IMG/VR virus record: IMGVR_UViG_3300048597_000457
Span: 1-64,000 of that record
Strand: one strand, 5' to 3'
DNA from: a virus
DNA length: 64,000 bases
The notes beneath the pieces were generated by a model that saw only the letters and a program-made list of their open reading frames with translations, was not told where the DNA came from and ran no database searches. Positions 40,899 through 48,951 of the stretch are shown one piece after another. Numbering within the stretch: position 1 is the first letter of the stretch; each line of letters begins with the position of its first letter. Position numbers and translations under genes: made by a program.

Positions 40899-41801
40899 AT
40901 GAGACTGCTACTGGCTCTAGCTTTGATCGCCGTTCCACTCGGTGCTCAGGATCCCATCGGGCATCCGTCCAAGGTGAAGGGGAATCGTCGGCTGATCCTC
41001 ACGTTCCCGCGCAACGCGGCGGGGCCGATCGGCCGCGGGGACACGCTGACCATGACCGAGATTGCCGGCGGCTGGGCGGTGAACGGCACGCCGATGGACT
41101 CTATCCTCGGCTTCCCGGCGCGCGAGGCGTGTAAAACCTGGTACACCGTGAAGAGCAAGAAGCGCAACGACACCGTCGTCATTATGCGATGCGCGCAGAA
41201 TCGCGAGTACTTCTTCAAGTTGCCGCTTGACGACTCGCTGGCAGCGCGGGCGTTTCGCGCGGCGGTGACGGACTCAGCGAATCTAGCGGCCGTATATCTC
41301 GAACTCGAACAGAAACTCGTCGTATCGGTATTCAAGGGGCCGCTATCTTCGGTACCAATGGAACGACGAGTCCCGCTCCTGCGCACTGCGCGAGCGTCCG
41401 ATGCCTCGCCGTTCTTCCGCGCGGAGTCATTCCAGTCGAAGACGTTCTTCGGAATTGACCTTGGGGCCTATCCGTCGGTCTATAACACCGCAAAACTATC
41501 GCAGAACCAGCGACTGTCTTCCGCGCTGCGCCAGTCGCTCCTCAACTACGTCAAGACATTTAAGTCCGCGTTGGGAGAGAACTCTGGCGTGGACGGCATC
41601 TGCCTAACGGTTGCGATCGGTCACCAGAACTTTGTCACGGCATACTCAAAGATCGAGTTCGATCTTCTGCGATTGTATCTGCCGAGCGCGCTCATCAACC
41701 GCTTCGCGGATGCGGAGATCACCGATCAAGAGCTGATCGATGGCGCGGTGGTCATGCTGAACGGCAACCGCAGCAAGGTCGTGATGGCGGACGGCGGGTG
41801 A
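40899..41801 (+). CDS. secreted protein of unknown function
   Basis: Signal peptide MRLLLALALIAVPLGAQDP, with GGGGGAAAGG upstream of ATG 40899. Lower-GC region. Confidence 0.6.
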   Translation: MRLLLALALIAVPLGAQDPIGHPSKVKGNRRLILTFPRNAAGPIGRGDTLTMTEIAGGWAVNGTPMDSILGFPAREACKTWYTVKSKKRNDTVVIMRCAQNREYFFKLPLDDSLAARAFRAAVTDSANLAAVYLELEQKLVVSVFKGPLSSVPMERRVPLLRTARASDASPFFRAESFQSKTFFGIDLGAYPSVYNTAKLSQNQRLSSALRQSLLNYVKTFKSALGENSGVDGICLTVAIGHQNFVTAYSKIEFDLLRLYLPSALINRFADAEITDQELIDGAVVMLNGNRSKVVMADGG

Positions 41802-41848
41802 GCCGATCCGACCGCCCGTTAATTGACCACTGATATGAGGCACCGACC

Positions 41849-42235
41849 GTGAATCCTGCTCTGATCGCCATCCTTGTGTTGATCGTGCTGATGGCGACGT
41901 TGGTCGCCATCGTGCGGCGCAATGCGTCGGAACCGCTCTTCGCGCCGAAGCGCATCGGTGTGATGCGTCAGGAATCCAGCGGACTCGAAGTCGAGGTACA
42001 CGACGGCTGGAGCTGGCCGTGCTTCTGGCTCGGTGCCTTCTGGTACCTCAGCAAGGGAATGTGGGGCATCGCTCTCGTGTGGATCGCTCTCTCCATCGTC
42101 AGTTGGTCGACGCTCTGGTTCGTGGGCATGCTGTTCATGCCGGCAATCGCCAACCGCCAACTACGTGATCACCTGGGCGCGCGCGGGTACCGTCTGGTCA
42201 CTGAACAAGCCCCGCCCCTAGTCACCACCCCCTGA
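41849..42235 (+). CDS. DUF2628-like membrane protein
   Basis: GTG start with GAGG 8 nt upstream. An N-terminal TM helix plus WSWPCFWLGAFWYLSKGMWGIALVWIAL (DUF2628-type motif). Confidence 0.6.
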   Translation: MNPALIAILVLIVLMATLVAIVRRNASEPLFAPKRIGVMRQESSGLEVEVHDGWSWPCFWLGAFWYLSKGMWGIALVWIALSIVSWSTLWFVGMLFMPAIANRQLRDHLGARGYRLVTEQAPPLVTTP

Positions 42236-42250
42236 AACGGGCTGCAGCGG
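42230..42250 (+). repeat. 21-bp perfect direct repeat, copy 2 (CCCTGAAACGGGCTGCAGCGG)
   Basis: Starts in the last sense codon and stop codon of 41849..42235. Lies 3993 bp from copy 1. Confidence 0.85.
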
Positions 42251-42291
42251 CGGATGCGCTTTCCCGTGAAACTGGAGGTATGCGCGAATTG

Positions 42292-43404
42292 TCAGAGTCG
42301 GCGTAGACGCGATACCTCAGGAGGAACCAGACGGAGCACTGGCCGGGTCTCTTGAAAGTACAGGTCTTCGATCCGCTCTGGTATCTCTCCAAGCTCATGG
42401 GCAAGCTCTCCGGCCGAGTAGCCCAACTCCGACTTGAGCGTTTCGAGAACAGACTGCGTTAATTGCGGCTTGTCCGCCGGCTCTGCATAGGGCTCCTCCG
42501 TGCGCCATCCGCGCTGCGAGATCTGCTTGTACAGGCGATGTTGCTCGTCCTTAGAGATGATGTTCAAACGGGCCGCGTGCGTTACGCAGAACTGAGCAGA
42601 GACCCCATGGTCCACCTTCACGCGCAAGGCCTGTTGCAACGTGAGACCACGAAGCAGGGTGGCCGCAGTTGTGGCTGGCATGATGAACTCGGCCGCGAAA
42701 CGATTGGCCTCCGTTTCCTGATCGTCGCTAGGATCTTGGTGAAGTACGAGGTGCGCCAGCTCATGAGCGAGCGTGAACGTGCGACGGTCCTTCGTCTGGT
42801 CCCCCCGTACAAACACAATGGGGAATCCGGTGAATGCGTGCACCGCCAACCCTTCGAACGAACGATCGACGTTCTCAAGCTCGACGATCAGAATTCCGGC
42901 CGCCTCCATCAACGTGGTGATTGATGTGATCACGCCAGGGCGAACCATCCACAGCTTCCGAAGTTCGCGAGCCGCAGCCTCTGGACTGAGATCGTCCATG
43001 CGTGAGCGTTCCGGAAGCGACATGGAGGGACGAATGTCGACGCTGCGCAGGAAGTGCAGCAGATGTAGCCGTCGGGCATTGAGCTCACTTTCAAGCCCGG
43101 CCATGGCTTTGGCGCCTATGCGACGCTGTATCCGGTACAGTCGATGAAACCCGAGATGTCGTACGGTTGGGTCACGATCAAAAAATCTCGGCGTCACGCG
43201 CGCCGCCGTCGCGAGACGGGCGGCGACGTCGCAGCTCGTCTCAGACACGGAACCGCCTTCGATGCGAGACACCAGGCTGACGCTCACATCTGCAAGCGCG
43301 GCGAGCTGGGTCTGCGTAAGCCCCTCGCGTTGCCGAGCGAGCAGGAGCATCTCGCCATTTACTCGCGCGCGGCCAGAGGAATCCTCCGCAGCATCGACGC
43401 TCAC
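42292..43404 (-). CDS. XRE-HTH + ImmA/IrrE (COG2856, M78) zinc-metallopeptidase fusion
   Basis: The N-terminal HTH is LLLARQREGLTQTQLAALADVSVSLVSRIEGG. The central HELAHLVLH (HExxH) sits in a DUF955-like context. GTG 43404 makes a GTGA overlap with the upstream gene. Confidence 0.8.
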   Translation of the reverse strand: MSVDAAEDSSGRARVNGEMLLLARQREGLTQTQLAALADVSVSLVSRIEGGSVSETSCDVAARLATAARVTPRFFDRDPTVRHLGFHRLYRIQRRIGAKAMAGLESELNARRLHLLHFLRSVDIRPSMSLPERSRMDDLSPEAAARELRKLWMVRPGVITSITTLMEAAGILIVELENVDRSFEGLAVHAFTGFPIVFVRGDQTKDRRTFTLAHELAHLVLHQDPSDDQETEANRFAAEFIMPATTAATLLRGLTLQQALRVKVDHGVSAQFCVTHAARLNIISKDEQHRLYKQISQRGWRTEEPYAEPADKPQLTQSVLETLKSELGYSAGELAHELGEIPERIEDLYFQETRPVLRLVPPEVSRLRRL

Positions 43405-44003
43405 GAGTCTGTCCCGTCCTTCTCGTCCTTACGCTTGCCGCGACGATGCTCCGCTGCACGACTTGGCCGCACGACAGGCGGGCGGTGCGTGAAGGGAATC
43501 TCTGGGGCAACCTCGATCACGCGGGCGTCGCCATTCAGTGGCAACTGATAGCGACGGATCGCCGTCTCCTCGAACCACTCCAGCATCTCGAGACGCGTGA
43601 TGGTGTTGGTGACGGGATCCAGATGGTACGAGTAGTCCACGCGCGGCAGTTGCGGCAGATCCGGTAGCGATTCCACCTCCCCGCCGAGATGGTACGCGAG
43701 CGACGTTTCGGTCGGATAGTTGCTTGGACGGCCGTCTCGATTCAGCCCCTTCACACGGACCACGGCAACACCTGGCCAGTGCAGATACTCCGCGTCGGGG
43801 TTGCCCGAGAAAATCGGGCGGAGCTCCAGCGACGACGTCCTCAACCTGCCCCTGATGAGGCACGTGAGATTCTGCTTCATCGCGCTCGTCGTCAACCGCA
43901 AACGAAGAGCAGGTGGTACCTCGCCTTCAGATTTCATGGCGGCGTCGACCAGTTCGGCCTCCACCGATCGCACGTTCTTGCACCACCCCAGGACAAAATC
44001 CAC
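43401..44003 (-). CDS. hypothetical protein coupled to the HTH-peptidase gene (candidate toxin/effector)
   Basis: 200 aa. GTG 44003 is preceded by GGAGG. No recognisable domain. Confidence 0.55.
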   Translation of the reverse strand: MDFVLGWCKNVRSVEAELVDAAMKSEGEVPPALRLRLTTSAMKQNLTCLIRGRLRTSSLELRPIFSGNPDAEYLHWPGVAVVRVKGLNRDGRPSNYPTETSLAYHLGGEVESLPDLPQLPRVDYSYHLDPVTNTITRLEMLEWFEETAIRRYQLPLNGDARVIEVAPEIPFTHRPPVVRPSRAAEHRRGKRKDEKDGTDS

Positions 44004-44107
44004 GCACCACCTCCGAGCGGAAAAGGATGCGGAAAACTTCGTCGGTTTTTTTCAGCGCGTCAACAGTAGTTTTGTAAGTCACTTTCTTCCAACGACATAG
44101 AGAGAAA

Positions 44108-44128
44108 GTGTCTAACCTTCATAGACAC
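44108..44128. promoter_or_regulatory. 7-7-7 palindrome GTGTCTA-ACCTTCA-TAGACAC upstream of the two-gene cassette
   Basis: Perfect inverted repeat in the AT-rich 44004-44159 gap. An ACCGGT-centred imperfect palindrome follows at about 44130-44143. Confidence 0.45.
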
Positions 44129-44159
44129 AGTTACCGGTTACTTTGTCGACTTCTGAGAT

Positions 44160-44609
44160 TCATTCCTGGAGCACCGTCATCACTCGCCCGTGACTCCGTC
44201 GGATCTCTTCAACGCGCTCGAGCCATGCTATACGGGCGTCGGGAATGCGCTTCTCACCGGAGAGCCAGTCGCTCACCAGGCTGTGATCCACCCCGATCGT
44301 GCGCGCCAACGCCACCACGCCGAGCCCGGCGTCAGTTGCGAGAGTAGAGAGCCGGGTCCGGGCGCGATCGTGGCGCTGCGTGTCACGTGGCGCGTCGTCG
44401 ACCGATCGCGCGCAGGCCTCGGCCAGCGCTTCGCGCTCGTCCGGTGACCAGACCGCCTCGGCGTCTGACAGCGCGTCCATGGCCGCGCGTGCGACACGCA
44501 GCGGCACTGCCGACGAATCCGCACGGATCGCGCGGAGCGCTTGCACGGCGGCGCGCATGGCCGCCGGAGATTTCCCGGCGACCAGTTGCATGAGCTCTCG
44601 ATCGGTCAC
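44160..44609 (-). CDS. HTH DNA-binding protein
   Basis: C-terminal LATDAGLGVVALARTIGVDHSLVSDWLSGEKRIP. The start is GTG 44609 (GTGA overlap) or ATG 44591. Confidence 0.5.
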   Translation of the reverse strand: MTDRELMQLVAGKSPAAMRAAVQALRAIRADSSAVPLRVARAAMDALSDAEAVWSPDEREALAEACARSVDDAPRDTQRHDRARTRLSTLATDAGLGVVALARTIGVDHSLVSDWLSGEKRIPDARIAWLERVEEIRRSHGRVMTVLQE

Positions 44610-44869
44610 AGCTGCCAGTCCGTCGGGTCCTCGCCGATACTGACGAGATACTCCCGCAGGCAGGCATCGTGGTCCCACGTCCACTCGTGCGGGCTGTGCT
44701 CGTCGACCGGGTCGACCTCGCCGCTCTCGACGGCGTAGCGGTAGGCGTACTCAGTCCAGCCCTTCCAACTGGCCACCGGACCCCAATCCCAGTCTTCGGT
44801 CCCGTTGAGCGCCTGCTCGGCGTCTGCCAAGGTGGCGAATTTGTCGCGCGTACGGATCGTCTTCGGCAT
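44606..44869 (-). CDS. hypothetical Trp-rich acidic protein
   Basis: 87 aa from ATG 44869, with GGAG 10 nt upstream. Confidence 0.5.
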   Translation of the reverse strand: MPKTIRTRDKFATLADAEQALNGTEDWDWGPVASWKGWTEYAYRYAVESGEVDPVDEHSPHEWTWDHDACLREYLVSIGEDPTDWQL

Positions 44870-44961
44870 AGTCGCATCTCCGGGCAGTGCCCAGTGAGAG
44901 GTGGTATCAGTGGTCAACGGCACCGATGAGAAAAATCTACGTGAAGGTCTGACAGTGCGGG

Positions 44962-45348
44962 TTATCGTCGCACCACGATCGCGATCTCATCGTCCTGCAG
45001 CACGATCGAGCGCGCGACCTCGCGCGCATCAATGCGCGCCAGATCCTCAAGCAGCCAGTCCGCGGTCACCTTCGGTACGGGCTCGCCACCCAACCACGCC
45101 TGGACAGCTTGGTAGCTGCGGCCGGCCAAAATCTTCCGAGCGAGCTGTCGCTGGGAGAACCGCTCGCCAGCGTGCGGCGCCGGCATCGTGCCGCCTTTCG
45201 AGTCGCCTTCGGTCTCGCGCACCAGGGCAGCGAGCACAGTCAACGCGGCGGGTGTCGGGGGCCGTTCAGGTTGGGCGCTGCGGTCAATAGTGCGGGGCGG
45301 CTCTGGCGGGGCGATGCCGCGGTAGTCGTCGCGTGGGTCGGTGTTCAT
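44962..45348 (-). CDS. hypothetical protein, possible HTH
   Basis: 128 aa; ...FSQRQLARKILAGRSYQAVQAWLGGEPVP.... Confidence 0.45.
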   Translation of the reverse strand: MNTDPRDDYRGIAPPEPPRTIDRSAQPERPPTPAALTVLAALVRETEGDSKGGTMPAPHAGERFSQRQLARKILAGRSYQAVQAWLGGEPVPKVTADWLLEDLARIDAREVARSIVLQDDEIAIVVRR

Positions 45349-45454
45349 GGTGTGGACTCCTGAGCATGGGGGAAGGTGGTTCGTCGCGTGGATACGTGTG
45401 CAATACTTTGCGGAAAACGTCGTCGGAAACTGGGTCGAGATCTTGCCCGGCGCG

Positions 45455-45483
45455 GGGCCCGGTACCGGGATGGTACCGGGCCC
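45455..45483 (-). terminator. perfect 12-bp stem hairpin after radC
   Basis: GGGCCCGGTACC-GGGAT-GGTACCGGGCCC, 7 nt beyond the radC stop. No U-tract. Confidence 0.5.
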
Positions 45484-45490
45484 TTCAGAC

Positions 45491-45946
45491 TTACATCAGG
45501 CCGTCAGCGCGCAGTGACGTGAACTGCGTCGCATCAAGGCCGACAATCACATGGTCCAGCACCGCGATGCCGAGCACTTCGCCCGCGGTCACCATGTCCT
45601 TCGTGAGGATCACATCCTCCCGACTCGGCGTCATCACGCCGGACGGGTGGTTGTGCGCGAGGATGACTCCGAACGCCGAGAGGGCGATGGCGAGCCGGAA
45701 CACCTCTCGCGGATGCACCAGCGTCGAATCCAACGTGCCGCGGGTGATCTCCTGCAGATCGATCACGCGGTGATGCGTGTCGAGGTAGATCGCTGCGAAG
45801 ACTTCCACCTCTTCGCTGCCGAGACGCGGCTGGACATACGCCACCGCGTCGTCAGGCGTGGTGATGGTGGGACGCTGGCGAAACACGTCGGCCAACTCGG
45901 CCGAAGGTTCGCGTACGATCCGGCACCATGCCGGGAGAGATTCCAT
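45491..45946 (-). CDS. radC: RadC-like JAB/MPN domain protein
   Basis: ...HPREVFRLAI...GVILAHNHPSGVMTPSREDVILT... (JAMM H-x-H-x7-S-xx-D motif). Confidence 0.85.
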   Translation of the reverse strand: MESLPAWCRIVREPSAELADVFRQRPTITTPDDAVAYVQPRLGSEEVEVFAAIYLDTHHRVIDLQEITRGTLDSTLVHPREVFRLAIALSAFGVILAHNHPSGVMTPSREDVILTKDMVTAGEVLGIAVLDHVIVGLDATQFTSLRADGLM

Positions 45947-46058
45947 TTGCTACCGCTCCGTAAGGAGCTGATCCGAATCGGCGGATCAGGATACCGGTCA
46001 GCGCTCGATGCGCCCGACCCATCAAGTATAATACCGACCGTCTAATTGGTCAAGTCCC

Positions 46059-46087
46059 TTGACATGTAGATACGCAGTATATACATT
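46059..46087 (+). promoter_or_regulatory. sigma70-like promoter for brnTA (near-leaderless)
   Basis: TTGACA (46059-46064), a 17-nt spacer, TACATT (46082-46087), then 6 nt to ATG 46094. Lies in an AT-rich gap. Confidence 0.45.
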
Positions 46088-46093
46088 TATGGC

Positions 46094-46357
46094 ATGCACT
46101 TCGAATGGGACGCCACCAAAGCTGCGAGCAACTACGCGAAGCACGGTATCTCGTTCGAACAGGCCACGGAAGTGTGGGACCGTCGTGTGATCGTCTTCGA
46201 CGTGGCCCACCCGACCGAATCGCGATGGATGGCGCTGGGACTGGTTGGCGCTGATGTCGTCGCGGTGGTCTACACCATGCGCGGCGACGTGACCCGGATC
46301 ATCTCGGCCCGGTTCGCGAGCCGCCAAGAGCGACGGAGATACGATGCCACGGAGTAA
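46094..46357 (+). CDS. brnT: BrnT-family (DUF497) type II toxin
   Basis: MHFEWDATKAASNYAKHGISFEQATEVW....R.ISAR.A...E...Y is the characteristic BrnT opening and ending. Confidence 0.85.
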   Translation: MHFEWDATKAASNYAKHGISFEQATEVWDRRVIVFDVAHPTESRWMALGLVGADVVAVVYTMRGDVTRIISARFASRQERRRYDATE

Positions 46358-46733
46358 GTCCACCCCAACCATCACCATGACGCGGGACGCCGCGCGCCAA
46401 CGCGCCAGCGCTCAGCCGCGGCCGCGCCGGCCAAGTGATGACGCGATCGCGCGGGCCGCGTCGGAGGATCCTGATGCCAGGCTGCTCACCGAGGCGGAGC
46501 TCGCCGGCGGTCGCACCATTGAGGCACCCGGGAAGGTCGCGGTCTCGCTGCGCATCGATCGGGCCGTGCTGGACGCGTTCAAGGCGACGGGTCGCGGGTG
46601 GCAGACTCGCATGAACGACGCGCTCGCAGCGTCGGTCACCGCAGCCGCGGGTGATGATGCTGATCCGCTGTCCGACATCGAAGCGGCGGCCCAGCGCGTG
46701 ATCGCCCGCGTGCGCGCGCTGCGCGAGGCCTAG
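46344..46733 (+). CDS. brnA: BrnA-family antitoxin
   Basis: ...GKVAVSLRIDRAVLDAFKATGRGWQTRMNDAL... (BrnA signature). 14-nt overlap with brnT. Confidence 0.8.
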   Translation: MPRSKSTPTITMTRDAARQRASAQPRPRRPSDDAIARAASEDPDARLLTEAELAGGRTIEAPGKVAVSLRIDRAVLDAFKATGRGWQTRMNDALAASVTAAAGDDADPLSDIEAAAQRVIARVRALREA

Positions 46734-46821
46734 GTGACCTTCATTTCCGGTTCTACTACGATCTCGGAGGACCACGTTCAGCGAGTGGACCGGAGAACGG
46801 AGCCGAAAAATCCGTCGCTCG

Positions 46822-47301
46822 CTAAGTGTCGAGCGGCAGCAAATCGATCCCACTGCCGCACCAGATGTTCACCCGACAGGCCGCCTCAACGGCCTCTCTG
46901 GCACTGTGACCCATGGCCATCACGGCGTACGCGATCGCTTCGCCGGAGCCGAGCGCCAGGCGCGTGTCGAGCGGGTAGGTGAGCGGGTTCGGCGACGCGA
47001 TGTATTCGCGAATCCCCGTCGCTCGATTGATGGTGAGCACCGTCGGCGTTCGGCTAACGTCGCCGATGGTGGGAAACGGCGCAGTACGGCCGGAGATCAG
47101 CCAGTCGCGGATCGCCATCGCGTCGTGGAGCGGGCCGCAGGAGGCATACAGCGTGTCGTCGACGCGCAGAATCTTGGTGATGGGTGCGCACCGCGTGTCG
47201 CCGTTGCTGACTTGGCGATCGGCGGCCAAAACGTGGCCGTCCCACGCAATCACCGTCATCGCGAATGCCCAGCCCGACGCGTCATTCCATCCACGCGACA
47301 C
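46822..47301 (-). CDS. proteasome/HslV-type Ntn hydrolase
   Basis: M-TVIAWDGHVLAADRQVSNG... (a Thr right after Met15, giving either a 14-aa propeptide or a start at ATG 47259). ...LGSGEAIAYAVMAMGHSAREAVEAA... matches the HslV/beta-subunit layout. Confidence 0.6.
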   Translation of the reverse strand: MSRGWNDASGWAFAMTVIAWDGHVLAADRQVSNGDTRCAPITKILRVDDTLYASCGPLHDAMAIRDWLISGRTAPFPTIGDVSRTPTVLTINRATGIREYIASPNPLTYPLDTRLALGSGEAIAYAVMAMGHSAREAVEAACRVNIWCGSGIDLLPLDT

Positions 47302-47719
47302 ACCCTTCGGTTTCGCAGCGTCCGTGGACGTGCCCGTTCTTCGTGCGTTGCCAGTGCAGCGAGCTGCCGCACTTGGGGCAGGGGATCACGCCAACACTCG
47401 ACCCCGTCCGGCGACGCATCGACTCGATCGCCGTGCGCGCGGCCCGATGATGGCCGGCGGCGGCATCCAACTCCGCACAGCGGCGCGCGGCCATGAGCCG
47501 AGACTCCTCGAGGGAGAGCATCGAGCGATCCGCGCACCCGATCGCGGCGGCTGCATGCAGGCAGGCCAACTGTCCTTCTCGTCGCACACTGCTGTAGACG
47601 ATCCCCTGTCGGCACCGCACGTGCTGCACGCCGTTGAAGTGGCGACAGGTGCGCGCGTAGCGGTCGGTGAGTTGCTGGAGCAGGTGCGGGGTGGAGAATG
47701 GCGACGTGCGCGCGCTCAT
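47282..47719 (-). CDS. Zn-ribbon protein
   Basis: C-terminal CPKCGSSLHW...HGRCETEGC. Confidence 0.45.
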   Translation of the reverse strand: MSARTSPFSTPHLLQQLTDRYARTCRHFNGVQHVRCRQGIVYSSVRREGQLACLHAAAAIGCADRSMLSLEESRLMAARRCAELDAAAGHHRAARTAIESMRRRTGSSVGVIPCPKCGSSLHWQRTKNGHVHGRCETEGCVAWME

Positions 47720-48411
47720 CGCAGCGCCTCACGATTGGCCACCTCGAACGTGTACGCGAGCACCCACGGGTTCGACGACCACGGCGCGACGTCACCGTTG
47801 ATGAAGTCCCAGAGGACGGCATAGTTCTCGACGGACGACCGGTTGCGATACATGTCGTCGCCAGCGAACCACGGTTCGTTGCGGAACTCGTGGCCATATT
47901 CGCTGATCCCCTCCGCGCGCGCATCCGCTACGCTGATGTCCTGCAGCCGCTCGATGCGCACCTCGGTGATCGTCAGTGTGAGGCGGCTCGCCCAGCGCGG
48001 CATGAAGATCGACGGACGCCACAGGTGTCCCGGCAGCTGAGGAATGCCGTCTGGCTGCGTCGCGCGATATACCGTGCCGTATTCACCGGCTGGATCGGTC
48101 TGCCACGTCTCTTTCACCCAGAACCGATCGCCGATCTGCACGCGCGGATAGATCCGATGCACCGCGCTTCCATCACGCGTCGGGACTTTGAGATAGGGTC
48201 CAGAGTTGCCGGCCGGTGACGGGCCGGGATCGACAAACACTCTCGGACTGGCGAAGTCCAGGCGCTCCCACATCTCCTGGGTGGCGGTGTGTCCGTCGAA
48301 CCACGTGTTGCGCCGTGACAGCAGGCGGCGGGTCTGCGTCTTCGTGCCCGCCAGCAACGCAAGCACCATCGCGGCTTGAAACAGCGTGCCATGCTCACGC
48401 ACGGTGCTCAT
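47716..48411 (-). CDS. ASCH-like (PUA-fold) phage protein
   Basis: ...LFQAAMVLALLAGTKTQTRR... and ...MPRWASRLTLTITEVRIERLQDISVADARAEGI... are typical of this prophage family. Confidence 0.55.
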   Translation of the reverse strand: MSTVREHGTLFQAAMVLALLAGTKTQTRRLLSRRNTWFDGHTATQEMWERLDFASPRVFVDPGPSPAGNSGPYLKVPTRDGSAVHRIYPRVQIGDRFWVKETWQTDPAGEYGTVYRATQPDGIPQLPGHLWRPSIFMPRWASRLTLTITEVRIERLQDISVADARAEGISEYGHEFRNEPWFAGDDMYRNRSSVENYAVLWDFINGDVAPWSSNPWVLAYTFEVANREALR

Positions 48412-48453
48412 GAAGACCTCCGAGCTTCTCCTTCGGTCGCCGATATCGCGGAG

Positions 48454-48951
48454 TCATGCGATGCCTCCGGCGTTGACCGCGTCGCGAGCTGCGAGAATCA
48501 CCGCATTCGCGATCCGCTCGCGATACGTCGCGTTGCCGACACGGAACGCACTCCCGAGGTAGTCCCGACCAACCGAGGCGATGAACTGCAACAGCGTCCG
48601 CTGGCCCATCGCATTGAAGTACGCCGTCCACGCTTCGTTGAAGCACTGCACGATCAGCGTGCCTTTGCCGGGTTCGTGGTCGAACATCACCACGCGGATC
48701 GGATCAAGGCCGGGTTGCTCTGGAATGGTGAGCATGCTGACGCCACGCAGCCGCGCCGCATCAGCCTGCGCGCGCTCCCACTCCTCCGTTGGGACGGCAT
48801 AGCATTCGGTTACGGTGTAGCCGTTCTGCGCGTACGACTGTTTAGCGCTTTCACTGGGTTCCCCGCGCGCGGCGTATTCACCGCGAATGTTCCGGGCAAG
48901 CCACACCTTCGGATGCGAGGTCTGCGGTTGGATAGAGTGCGGGTTCGTCAA
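48454..48951 (-). CDS. hypothetical protein
   Basis: 165-aa ORF. Confidence 0.5.
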   Translation of the reverse strand: MTNPHSIQPQTSHPKVWLARNIRGEYAARGEPSESAKQSYAQNGYTVTECYAVPTEEWERAQADAARLRGVSMLTIPEQPGLDPIRVVMFDHEPGKGTLIVQCFNEAWTAYFNAMGQRTLLQFIASVGRDYLGSAFRVGNATYRERIANAVILAARDAVNAGGIA

